A stretch of DNA of 22,608 nt, from positions 1 to 22,608 of the forward strand of contig JAYENL010000261.1 in assembly GCA_034722055.1 (NCBI GenBank), given 5' to 3'. The notes under the pieces are model-generated. The model searched no databases. It had not been told where the DNA came from and worked only from the letters and a program-made list of their open reading frames with translations. The DNA comes from Armatimonadota bacterium (GTDB lineage: Bacteria > Armatimonadota > Zipacnadia > Zipacnadales > UBA5352). How positions within the stretch are numbered: position 1 is the stretch's first letter; each line of letters begins with the position of its first letter. Positions 1-8,343 of the stretch are shown in pieces. A program made the translations under genes and the position numbers.

Positions 1-5
1 CCCGC

Positions 6-452
6 AGGCGGGCGGGGGCGCCCGCCTCCCACAATCATCATCCAGCGCCAGCCGTTGCCGTCGTGGCCCCGGCGGCCTCGTGAGATGCGTCACATCTCCG
101 GGATGCGCCGACGGCGCACGGTTGTTGTCGGGCTGGAAGCCCGACCTACGCAAAGAATGGGGCGCGCGAACGGCCGGGCGGGAACGGAGGCCCGCCCCTC
201 CAAACGGCACGACAAATGCCGCCGGTCGGTGGCACGGACACTCCTGTCCGTGCGCCGTTTGTCCTTGTCGGGCTGGAAGCCCGACCTACGCAAAGAACGG
301 GGCGCGCGAACGACCGGGCGGGAACGGAGGCCCGCCCCTCCAAACGGCACGACAAATGGCGCCGCTCGGTGGCACGGACACTCCTGTCCGTGCGTCGTCC
401 TTCCGTCCGGTCAACGCCTAACGACCGGGAGGGAGTGTAGTCCCTCCCCTCC
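6..452. repeat. Mosaic cluster of REP-like tagged palindromes (BIME-like)
   Basis: Eight short hairpins, each with a GTAG/GGAG/GTGG-type 5' tag. Minus strand: 6-32 (GTGGG-AGGCGGGCG/CGCCCGCCT), 127-149 and 267-289 (GTAG-GTCGGGCT-TCC-AGCCCGAC), 176-201, 316-341 and 427-452 (GGAG-tagged). Plus strand: 229-253 and 369-393 (GTGG-CACGGACA-CTCC-TGTCCGTG). The cluster lies beyond the 3' end of the oxidoreductase gene. Confidence 0.8.
125..394. repeat. Two direct copies of a 130-bp unit with 140-bp period
   Basis: 125-254 and 265-394 differ at 4 positions (158, 173, 219, 225 in copy 1), all outside the hairpin stems. Confidence 0.95.
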
Positions 453-525
453 AAATGGCTCGGCGAACGGACCGTGGGGGGCCATTCTGACCAGGGGCTG
501 CCAGGCCCGACGACGTCTGCCCACT

Positions 526-1542
526 CTAACCGTCGAGCAGCGACTTGACCGGCTTCGGCTCGCCGTCGCGGGCGGAGGCGATGGCCTGCAGCGGCATGAG
601 CGTCGCCATCAGCCCGTCCACGTGGTCGATGGTCGGCGGCGTGTCATTGATGATGCAGTCGATGAAGGCACGGTTCTCCTCCAGGAAGCCCGTCTCAGAG
701 CCCTCGTAGACCACCGGCTGCTCGCCCCGCTCGGCGACCTCCATGGTGCAGAAGCGGTTGTGCAGCGTCACCACGATGCCCTCGCCGAAGACCTGCATGA
801 AGAACTTGCTCGCGTGCGGCGATTGGGCGGCGTCGCCCTGCACCCAGCTCGCCGCCACATCGCCCTCGAAGCGGAAGGTGGCGCAGAGGTTGTCGGTGAC
901 GCCGGTGGGCTGGTAGTAGTTCCCGCCCACCGCGAAGACCTCGATGGGATCGGACCGGGCCACGAACCGGAGGATGTCGCAGGAGTGGCAGCCCTGTGAG
1001 ATGACGTTGCCCCCGCCCATGACCGGATCGTTGGCCCAGGCCGTCGCGGCCCACGGGAAGTCCATCATCTGCATGGTGACCATGATGGGCTCGGGAATGA
1101 TCTCCCTCGCCCGCAGGATCAGCTCGTAGTAGCGCATCTTGAAGGCGGTGAAGAGCTTCACGCCCGTGCGCTCGACGGCCTGGCCCACGGCCTGGCAGTC
1201 CTCCACCGTCAGCGCCAGCGGCTTCTCGACCAGGATGTGCTTGCCGGCCTCCGCGGCCCGGACGCACAGCTCGGCATGGCTGTCGTGGGGAGTGCAGATG
1301 TAGACGGCCGCGATCTCATCGTCGCCGAGCACGCGCTGCAGGTCGGTCGTGAAGTAGTCGCCGCCGAACTGCTCGCACAGCTCCCGCGCGGCGTCCTCGT
1401 TGATGTCGCAGAAGGCGGTCATGGCCGCGTCCTCGATCTGCAGGAGCTGCTCGCTGTGCGTCCGGCCGAGGTTCCCGCAGCCGATGACTGCGGTCTGGAC
1501 CTGCGCCTCACCTGTCGCGTGACGGTGGCCCGACGGCGTCAT
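526..1542 (-). CDS. Gfo/Idh/MocA family NAD(P)-dependent oxidoreductase
   Basis: Rossmann motif VIGCGNLG, CTPHDSH, the EKP motif (LVEKPLA) and a GGG..GCH..D segment; GGAG RBS 8 nt upstream of the start. Confidence 0.9.
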   Translation of the reverse strand: MTPSGHRHATGEAQVQTAVIGCGNLGRTHSEQLLQIEDAAMTAFCDINEDAARELCEQFGGDYFTTDLQRVLGDDEIAAVYICTPHDSHAELCVRAAEAGKHILVEKPLALTVEDCQAVGQAVERTGVKLFTAFKMRYYELILRAREIIPEPIMVTMQMMDFPWAATAWANDPVMGGGNVISQGCHSCDILRFVARSDPIEVFAVGGNYYQPTGVTDNLCATFRFEGDVAASWVQGDAAQSPHASKFFMQVFGEGIVVTLHNRFCTMEVAERGEQPVVYEGSETGFLEENRAFIDCIINDTPPTIDHVDGLMATLMPLQAIASARDGEPKPVKSLLDG

Positions 1543-1605
1543 GGGATCATCTCCGACCTCGATGTGCTGTGCCTCGCTGCGGTAGCTTCATCACTTCTTG
1601 CACAA

Positions 1606-1623
1606 CTTCCTGCCGGCAGGAAG
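1606..1623. promoter_or_regulatory. Perfect 18-bp palindrome in a divergent intergenic region (candidate operator)
   Basis: CTTCCTGCCGGCAGGAAG equals its own reverse complement and sits between the divergent starts at 1542 and 1712. Confidence 0.4.
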
Positions 1624-1711
1624 GGAGGCGGCGGGAGGCCACGGAATGACTCGGGCACCCCGCGACGGCAACAGCCGCCGCCCAGCAACCGTCACGAACG
1701 GAGGACTACCA

Positions 1712-2479
1712 ATGGCTTCGAAGATCGCCGCACAGCTCTACACCGTCAGACACGCCTGCCAGGAGGCGGGCGAGATGGCCGCGTCCCTGCAGAAGGTGGC
1801 CGACATCGGCTACGAGGCCGTCCAGCTCTCGGGCCACGGGAAGGACATCCAGTCCGAGGAGATCAAGCAGATGTGCGATGACGCCGGCCTCACCATCTGC
1901 GCCACGCACACCAGCTACGAGCGCATGCGCGACGACCTGGCGGGGGTCGTGGAGGAGCACCAGCTCTACGAGTGCACCTACCCCGGCATCGGGGGGCTGC
2001 CCGCCGAGTATCGCGAGAGCGGCGAGGGCTTCGCGCAGTTCGCGCGCGAGGCGTCCGAGGTGGCGAAGCGGCTCGCCGAGCACGGCCTCGTCTTCGTCTA
2101 CCACAACCACAGCTTCGAGCTGGAGAAGTTCGGCGACCGCACCGGCCTGCAGATCCTGCTGGAGGAGAGCGATCCCGAGTACTTCATGTTCGAGCCCGAC
2201 ACCTACTGGCTGCAGCACGGCGGCGCCAGCCCGGTGGCGTGGCTGCGGCGCATGGGCAGCCGGGCCCCGGTCGTGCACTTCAAGGACATGGCCATGAGCG
2301 GCCGCGAGCAGCTCTTCGCGGAGATCGGGGAGGGGAACCTCGACTGGGAGGGCATCATCGCCGCCTGCGAGGACGCCGGCAGCGAGTGGTACATCGTGGA
2401 GCAGGACACCTGCCAGCGGGACGCCTTCGAGAGCCTCAAGATCAGCTTCGACAACATGAGGGCCATGGGGATTGAGTAG
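1712..2479 (+). CDS. Sugar phosphate isomerase/epimerase (xylose isomerase-like TIM barrel, AP_endonuc_2 type)
   Basis: AQLYTVR N-terminus and the YHNH, EPDTYW, HFKD and VEQD metal-binding motifs. Start moved to ATG 1712 because GGAGG lies at 1700-1704. Confidence 0.88.
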   Translation: MASKIAAQLYTVRHACQEAGEMAASLQKVADIGYEAVQLSGHGKDIQSEEIKQMCDDAGLTICATHTSYERMRDDLAGVVEEHQLYECTYPGIGGLPAEYRESGEGFAQFAREASEVAKRLAEHGLVFVYHNHSFELEKFGDRTGLQILLEESDPEYFMFEPDTYWLQHGGASPVAWLRRMGSRAPVVHFKDMAMSGREQLFAEIGEGNLDWEGIIAACEDAGSEWYIVEQDTCQRDAFESLKISFDNMRAMGIE

Positions 2480-2511
2480 CTGCCAGCTATCAGCCATCAG
2501 TTGCCAGCCAA
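2477..2511 (+). repeat. Degenerate heptamer tandem repeat (5 copies, CAGCYRY-like)
   Basis: tagctgc/cagctat/cagccat/cagttgc/cagccaa, followed by an inverted unit ggctgacggc at 2520-2529. Confidence 0.6.
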
Positions 2512-2649
2512 CGGCGAACGGCTGACGGCGCGCCGTCGCCGTTCAGGCGGGACGGGTGTGCTTGCCCGCCAGGTCGTTGCCGTGTCGTGCGCCGTTGCTG
2601 TTCGGTCGTCGCTCGCAACTCGTCGCTATCCCACACCGGAGGTCCGAGT

Positions 2650-3855
2650 ATGGAGACACGCGTCGGCGACATCACCAGCCCGCACCTGCAGTGGTGGCTG
2701 GACGCGAAGTTCGGCATGTTCATCCACTGGGGCGCCTACTCACAGCTCGCGCGCGGGGAGTGGGTGATGAACCGGGAGCGCTGGCCGATCCCTGAGTACG
2801 AGGAGGTGGCTCGGGCCTGGAGCCCTGACGCCTACGATCCCCGCGAGTGGGTCGCCATGGCGCGAAGCGCGGGCATGAAGTACCTGGTCTGCACCACCAA
2901 GCACCATGACGGCTTCTGCCTGTTCGGCAGCGAGCACAATGACTACAACACGGTGGAGACCATCGGCCGGGACCTCATCGGCGAGCTTGCCGAGGCCTGC
3001 CACGAGGCGGACATGCCTCTGGGCTTCTACTACTCGCTCAAGGACTGGCACCACCCCGACTACGAGGCCGGCCACCATGGCGACGAGGAGGGCCATGAGC
3101 GGTTCCTGGAGTACACCCGCGGGCTGGTGCGCGAGCTGTGCAGCAGCTACGGGCGCCTGGACATCATGTGGTATGACGGCGGCGGGCTCTACGACGGCGA
3201 GGGCTGGCGCGCGGACGAGATGAACGCCATGGTCCGTGAGCTGCAGCCGGGCATCGTCATCAACGACCGCTCGCGGGTACCGGAGGACTTCGACACGCCG
3301 GAGCAGCACGTCCGCGCCTCAGCGCCGGACCGCGCCTGGGAGACCTGCATGACCATGAACGGCTCCTGGGGCTGGCACGCCGGCGACGACCAGTGGAAGT
3401 CCACCAAGGACCTCATCGCCACGCTCGTGCGCACCGCCAGCCTGGGCGGAAACCTGCTGCTCAACGTCGGACCGCGAGGGGACGGGAGCTTCCCCGAGGA
3501 AGCCGTCCTGCGGCTCGACGGGATCGGAGACTGGATGGACGCCAACGGGGAGTCCATCTACGGGACCAGGCGGGCGCCCTTCCAGTGGGGCTGCTTCGGG
3601 ATGCCGACCGTGAAGGGCAATACGCTGTATCTGCACGTCTCCAAGTGGGTGGGGCAGGAGCTGACCGTGGGGATGGTGAAGAGCCCGGTGCGCTCGGCGT
3701 CGCTTCTGGCCACCGGCGAGGAGCTGTCCTTCCAGCAGCGGGAGGACAGGCTCCTCATCCGCGATCTGCCGCCCAGGGCCTTCACCGATGCGCGGGACAC
3801 GGTCATCATGCTGGAGCTGGAGGGAGAGCCTGAGGCGTACCAGCAGTGGTTGTGA
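2650..3855 (+). CDS. Alpha-L-fucosidase (GH29), cytoplasmic
   Basis: KFGMFIHWG, TTKHHDGF, MWYDG (nucleophile Asp), WETCMTM and GGNLLLNVGP. GGAGG at 2638-2642 supports ATG 2650. No signal peptide. Confidence 0.93.
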   Translation: METRVGDITSPHLQWWLDAKFGMFIHWGAYSQLARGEWVMNRERWPIPEYEEVARAWSPDAYDPREWVAMARSAGMKYLVCTTKHHDGFCLFGSEHNDYNTVETIGRDLIGELAEACHEADMPLGFYYSLKDWHHPDYEAGHHGDEEGHERFLEYTRGLVRELCSSYGRLDIMWYDGGGLYDGEGWRADEMNAMVRELQPGIVINDRSRVPEDFDTPEQHVRASAPDRAWETCMTMNGSWGWHAGDDQWKSTKDLIATLVRTASLGGNLLLNVGPRGDGSFPEEAVLRLDGIGDWMDANGESIYGTRRAPFQWGCFGMPTVKGNTLYLHVSKWVGQELTVGMVKSPVRSASLLATGEELSFQQREDRLLIRDLPPRAFTDARDTVIMLELEGEPEAYQQWL

Positions 3856-3864
3856 CGAGACAGT

Positions 3865-3892
3865 GCCGGGCCGCGAAGAGAGCCGGCCCGGC
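3865..3892 (+). terminator. GC-rich hairpin after the GH29 stop
   Basis: GCCGGGCCG/CGGCCCGGC 9-bp stem just after the stop codon; no U-tract. Confidence 0.35.
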
Positions 3893-4073
3893 GTCGAGGG
3901 GAGCCGTCCAGAGGTCGCCACCGGGGATGTCCTCCACCGCAGAACAGATGCAGCCTGATGAGGCCAGTCAGACAGGCGGGGATGGCGCGGCCACCGGATA
4001 GGGGGAGGGATGCGCGGTGGTGCCGGCTGCGGGGACGGCGCGCATCATCTCACTGGTTTCAGGAGGCAGAGCC

Positions 4074-4256
4074 GTGGACGACAGGCTGCGGGCCGGGCAG
4101 CCGGCGCCGAGGGCCGGCGACTACGAGGTGGTGACACGTGACGGGGATCGGACGGGCATCTACAGACGCGGGCTGAAGGGGCGGCCTCTTCCCCCCACGC
4201 CGCGCAAGGGCCAGAGCTACATCTACGTCGGGCGGCGACGAGCCACACCGCAGTGA
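4074..4256 (+). CDS. YjzC-like small basic protein (60 aa)
   Basis: The pattern L.AGQPAP.AG.YEVV...G..TG......GRPLPPTP..GQSY matches my recollection of the YjzC family. AGGAGG at 4061-4066 precedes GTG 4074. Confidence 0.75.
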   Translation: MDDRLRAGQPAPRAGDYEVVTRDGDRTGIYRRGLKGRPLPPTPRKGQSYIYVGRRRATPQ

Positions 4257-4378
4257 GATCGTGAGCTGAACGACCCATGCCGCAGGGGGTGTCTTTGACG
4301 TGTGGCTCGGCTTGCGGGCGTTCTCGCACATACGGGCCTGATACCGGTGGACCGGCGGATGTGCGAAGGAGGCAACTG

Positions 4379-4813
4379 ATGACGCCGGGCGCAGTGCTGG
4401 GCGGCTGGTATCTGCTGTGCGTGCTGCTCTTGGTCTGGCCGATGCGCACGCTGCCGCACTACCGCGAGATCTCCCGCTCGGCGCTGTGGATGGCGGCGCC
4501 GTGGGCCATCCTGGTGGCGGCCATGATGGGCACCAGCCGCGGGCAGTCCCTGGCCCTGGACTTCATCCAGGCCGTGGCGGGGCTGCCGCTGGTCTACCTG
4601 ATCTTCTGGGAGTGGGGCCTGGTCTTCGTGCTCCTGCCCTTTAGCATCATCCAGTGGCTTGCCACAGGCGAGAAGCTGGTCGAATCAGGAAAGTGGCTGG
4701 AGCGGCAGTTTGAGGAGTACTTTCGCAACCAGCCTCGCATCGCGCTGGTGATGGGCTTCGCGATCTACATGCCGTGGCTGCTGTGGGTGCTGGTCGCAGC
4801 GCGGCTGGGGTAG
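4379..4813 (+). CDS. Hypothetical membrane protein (about 4 TM segments)
   Basis: AAGGAGG precedes ATG 4379; several hydrophobic stretches; host-like GC3 codon usage. Confidence 0.75.
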   Translation: MTPGAVLGGWYLLCVLLLVWPMRTLPHYREISRSALWMAAPWAILVAAMMGTSRGQSLALDFIQAVAGLPLVYLIFWEWGLVFVLLPFSIIQWLATGEKLVESGKWLERQFEEYFRNQPRIALVMGFAIYMPWLLWVLVAARLG

Positions 4814-4834
4814 CTGGGGGAGGGGCGGAGGTCA

Positions 4835-4852
4835 TCTCCCGGTACCGGGAGA
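4835..4852. other. Perfect 18-bp palindrome (terminator hairpin or protein-binding site)
   Basis: TCTCCCGGTACCGGGAGA, 21 nt after the upstream stop and about 110 bp upstream of the sigma54-like promoter. Confidence 0.4.
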
Positions 4853-4961
4853 CTTCGAGGCGGAAGGTCTGCCAAGCCGTGCGTGGAACTCACGGGGGCC
4901 CACACTGTCTGTGTTACGCAACCGGAGGTACGCGTCGGCGGTCCGCGCCGGCCGCATGTGG

Positions 4962-4977
4962 TGGCGCGGACCTTGCA
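4962..4977 (+). promoter_or_regulatory. Sigma54 (-24/-12)-like promoter
   Basis: TGGCGCG-GACC-TTGCA compared with the consensus TGGCACG-N4-TTGCW: one mismatch and exact GG-N10-GC spacing, 120 bp upstream of the beta-barrel gene. Confidence 0.6.
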
Positions 4978-5097
4978 CGTCGCACACGCGGGAGGTGCGT
5001 CTCGCACCCCGCGCTCGAGAGAGAGCGGTGCGTGGCGGACGGCGCATCCCTGCACTGTGCCCTGCGGATCCACAACCATAGAGAAGGCGGAGAGACC

Positions 5098-5907
5098 GTG
5101 CGCAAGCTCACTGCCCTCATGACCATCGTCGGCGTGGCGGCCCTGGTGCCCATGGCCGTTGCTCAGCAGGACCAGGCGGCCACAGAGGAAGAGCAGGAAG
5201 AGGAGCCCTACGACGAGCGGGGCTTCATCAAGGACAACATACGCATCTCGTTGAGCCTCACCGAGGGCAGCAACGAGTACTACGACTATGATGACCTGCG
5301 CATCTACTTGACCGGCAACGCCCACTACGCCCTGCAGGGCGACGACTTCATCGACGGCTACCTGCTCATCGACAAGCTGGATCGGGAGTACTCCGAGGAG
5401 CGCTTCCAGAGAGGCGACATCCGCAACGTCTTTGACGCCGAGTTCACCTACGTCTTCGGAGGCGTGGACAAGTGGACCTATGGCCTCAACCAGGCGACGG
5501 GCATAACGCTCTTCAGCGATGACATGTGGGAGGACGTGGACCTGGGCCTGGGTTACGGTGCCCGCTACAACTACGTCAACGGTGACCTGAAGCTGCTGGG
5601 AGGCATGGGCCGGAACCTGGGGCGGCATGACGACTGGTCGCCGCTGCTGGACTTCAGTTGGACCCACAACCAGCGCCTGGGCAGTGATTGGCGGGTGCGC
5701 ACCAAGGCCGACTGGATGTGGGCCAAGGACCGGGCGGATGAGAACGAGTCCATCTATCTGCTCGACGGCATGCTCACCTACGAGCTGGTGAAGGGCTGGA
5801 ACGTCTACCTGCGGTACTTCAACGACAGCAGCTCAGACCGCTCCCGCTCGTATATCTCACTGGGCTTGAGCCACTACTTCCGGGCGCGCAGGCCGAGGGG
5901 GCGCTGA
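5098..5907 (+). CDS. Secreted protein, probable outer-membrane beta-barrel (DUF481-like)
   Basis: GTG start with GGAG RBS. Signal peptide MRKLTALMTIVGVAALVPMAVA-Q, then an acidic linker and alternating amphipathic strands (LGLGYGARYNY, GMLTYEL, YISLGLSHYF). Confidence 0.7.
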   Translation: MRKLTALMTIVGVAALVPMAVAQQDQAATEEEQEEEPYDERGFIKDNIRISLSLTEGSNEYYDYDDLRIYLTGNAHYALQGDDFIDGYLLIDKLDREYSEERFQRGDIRNVFDAEFTYVFGGVDKWTYGLNQATGITLFSDDMWEDVDLGLGYGARYNYVNGDLKLLGGMGRNLGRHDDWSPLLDFSWTHNQRLGSDWRVRTKADWMWAKDRADENESIYLLDGMLTYELVKGWNVYLRYFNDSSSDRSRSYISLGLSHYFRARRPRGR

Positions 5908-5931
5908 GCCCAGCATACGGTGCCCAGCATC

Positions 5932-5961
5932 CGGCCGCCGGCGATGGCCTGCCGGCGGCCG
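5932..5961 (+). terminator. Hairpin after the beta-barrel gene
   Basis: 11-bp stem CGGCCGCCGGC/GCCGGCGGCCG with an 8-nt loop; only a short T run follows. Confidence 0.45.
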
Positions 5962-5990
5962 TTGCGCGTGCCACACGATGCGAGTAGTAT
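5962..5990 (+). promoter_or_regulatory. Possible sigma70 promoter for the MFS-HEAT gene
   Basis: TTGCGC-17 bp-TAGTAT about 50 bp upstream of the start. Confidence 0.4.
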
Positions 5991-6041
5991 CTCCACGACT
6001 CCAGCCGCCGCCAGGCAGCGTTTTGGATGGGAAGGCCGCCG

Positions 6042-8306
6042 ATGCAACAACGGGAGCCCGAAGTCCCGAATCACAGCTCGCTGAGCCAGCAGCAGACGGC
6101 TCATGCCCTCCGGCACTTCATCATCATGGGCGTGCTGTGGGCCGTCTACGGCCCCAACGCCGTGGTGTCGGGGCCGGTGCTGTCGGGATTCGCGCTGAAG
6201 ATCGGTCTCACCCAGGCGCAGATCGGCTTTCTGGCCAGCTTCGTGGGGATGTTCGGCCTGTGGCAGCTCGTCGGCTCCTGGCTGACCCGCAGGGTGGGCA
6301 ACAAGCGCCGCATGTGCGTGGGGCTGGGACTGATGGAGATCACCGCCGCCAGCCTGGTGGTCTCCACGGCGCTGCTGCCGGAGGGCACGCGCTTCTACGC
6401 CATGGCCGGGCTGCTGGCCATCGCCTATCTGCTGGGCCACACCGTCAGCCCCACCTTCAACTCCTGGCTCTCGAACGTGCTGCCCTCCGACGTGCGCGGC
6501 TCCTACATCGGCCGGCGGATGATGTACATCAGCATCACCAGCATGGTCTATCTCTACCTGGCCAGCCGGTGGCTGGACCTCAGTCCCGAGCTGCCGGGCT
6601 TCACGGCGGTCTTCGTGGTGGGCTGGGTGGCGGGGATCCTGGGCTACGTGATGATGGGCCTCACGCCCTATCCGAAGGTCAGCGCCGAGGAGGGCCAGCG
6701 CTTCGGCGGCGCCCTCGCCACCCCGCTCCGGGATCCGGAGTACCGCTCTCTGGCCCTGTTCATGTGCACCTGGCTGGGGGCGGGGATGATGTCGGGGGCC
6801 TTCTACGCGGTCTACATGCTGCAGGACCTGGAGCTGAGCTACTCCCAGGTCGCCATCTACACCAACATTACGCTGCTGCTGATGATGGTCTCCTATCCCA
6901 TCTGGGGGATCTTCGCGCAGCGCTACGGCTCCAAGCCCATCAGCCAGATCACGGTGGTGCCCTACGTTGCAGTGCTGGGCGCCTGGATGTTCATCAACCC
7001 CGCCACCGCGGCCTGGCTCATCCCCATCCAGCGGGCCGCGGCCGGCATCATCTGGTCGGGCACGCAGATCGCCAACTCCACGCTGCTGTACAAGCTGGTG
7101 CCATCAGGCCGGGAGAACAGCTCCTACTTCGCGAACTGGATGACCTTCGTGGCGGTGGGTGGCGCCGGCGGGCCCTTCCTGGGGGGCCTGATCCGCGAGC
7201 GGCTGCCGGAGGCGGGCGTGCAGATGTTGGGCATGCACCTGGCGCCGCTGCAGGTCGTGTTCGGGCTGTCGGCGGCTCTGTGCATCATCCCCGCGATCCT
7301 CTCCATCCGCCTCAAGGAGACCGAGGCCACCTCGCCGCGCCACCTCCTGGGCCAGTTCCGTGGCAACCTGCTGGGCTACGCCGTGAACTACGCGCTGTAC
7401 CAGGCCGCGTTCAGCGAGCAGCGGCGGGCGGAGGCGGCGCGGGGGCTGGGGAGGTCACATGCGCCGCTGGCCATGGAGAAGCTGGTGGACGCGCTCGATG
7501 ATGTCAGCCCCCAGGTGCGCAGCGAGGCGGCGCGAGGCCTCGGGGAGATGGGCCTGGAGGGCGCCGTGGAGCCGCTGGTGGAGACGCTCCGTGACGACGA
7601 GTCCGACATCCGGCCGGAGGCGGCGGAGGCGCTGGGGAGGATCGGCGCCGCCGGCTCCGTGGCGCCCCTGGTGGCGGCATTGTGGGATCGCGACCCCAGG
7701 GTCTGCACCAGCGCCGCCCTGGCGCTGGGAGAGATCGGCGACGACGCCCGGGCGGCGCTGTATGACTGTCTCACCGCTGACTTCGACAAGGCCACCTTCG
7801 CGGCGGTGGCGGACGCCGCCAGCCGACTGGGCGACCGGCGCCTTATAGGGCCGGCCCTGGAGCACCTTCCGCAGTTCCACTCCCCGGTGCTGCGCATGCA
7901 GATCATCAATGCCGTGTGCCGCGTGCTGGGCGAGCCGCGACACTTCTACCGGCTGCTGATGGCCGATCGGCTGGCGCGTGCGGCGATGTTCGACACCATG
8001 ACTGCCCGGATCGTCCGCCTGCTGCGGCGCGCGGACCTGCCGGAGCGGGCACGGGCGCCCGCGGTGCGCCTCGCGAGGCTCTTCCGCAGCGCACTCGCCG
8101 CAGACGAGTTCCAGGCCGCCGCCGAGCACGCGCGCAAGCTCGCCGTGGTGATGACGGTGGCGTCCGTGACGGCACCGATACCGCGCGCGGCGGCGAGGGC
8201 GATTATCGGCTACCTCGACCGCGTCAGCCCCGAGATGCTGCCGGAGGAGGGCGCCATCTTCGTGGTCGTGTGTCTCACGTCTCTGGCCCGCTACCTCAAT
8301 GAGTGA
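6042..8306 (+). CDS. MFS transporter fused to C-terminal HEAT (PBS lyase-like) repeats
   Basis: About 12 hydrophobic segments with MFS-like spacing, then repeats RRAEAARGLG, VRSEAARGLG, IRPEAAEALG and VCTSAALALG. Start is 6042 (GGAAGG upstream) or 6027. Confidence 0.85.
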   Translation: MQQREPEVPNHSSLSQQQTAHALRHFIIMGVLWAVYGPNAVVSGPVLSGFALKIGLTQAQIGFLASFVGMFGLWQLVGSWLTRRVGNKRRMCVGLGLMEITAASLVVSTALLPEGTRFYAMAGLLAIAYLLGHTVSPTFNSWLSNVLPSDVRGSYIGRRMMYISITSMVYLYLASRWLDLSPELPGFTAVFVVGWVAGILGYVMMGLTPYPKVSAEEGQRFGGALATPLRDPEYRSLALFMCTWLGAGMMSGAFYAVYMLQDLELSYSQVAIYTNITLLLMMVSYPIWGIFAQRYGSKPISQITVVPYVAVLGAWMFINPATAAWLIPIQRAAAGIIWSGTQIANSTLLYKLVPSGRENSSYFANWMTFVAVGGAGGPFLGGLIRERLPEAGVQMLGMHLAPLQVVFGLSAALCIIPAILSIRLKETEATSPRHLLGQFRGNLLGYAVNYALYQAAFSEQRRAEAARGLGRSHAPLAMEKLVDALDDVSPQVRSEAARGLGEMGLEGAVEPLVETLRDDESDIRPEAAEALGRIGAAGSVAPLVAALWDRDPRVCTSAALALGEIGDDARAALYDCLTADFDKATFAAVADAASRLGDRRLIGPALEHLPQFHSPVLRMQIINAVCRVLGEPRHFYRLLMADRLARAAMFDTMTARIVRLLRRADLPERARAPAVRLARLFRSALAADEFQAAAEHARKLAVVMTVASVTAPIPRAAARAIIGYLDRVSPEMLPEEGAIFVVVCLTSLARYLNE

Positions 8307-8343
8307 TGGGCCCCCGCGTCCCACCTGCACCTGGTACGCGACA

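Noticed and set aside
125..394. CRISPR array
   Set aside because: The sequences between the palindromes are themselves duplicated rather than unique spacers, there are only two units, and no cas genes are present.
55..999. 314-aa plus-strand ORF and other ORFs over the repeat region
   Set aside because: They are translations of the REP mosaic and the antisense strand of the oxidoreductase, with no protein motifs.
3923..3966. Fluoride-riboswitch-like or hammerhead-like sequence (GGGGATG...AAC...CTGATGAGGCC)
   Set aside because: The riboswitch pseudoknot has a mismatch, the second stem is only about 2 bp, the expected 3' U is absent and no fluoride-related gene follows. The hammerhead GAAA core is missing. 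An Rfam cmscan would settle it.
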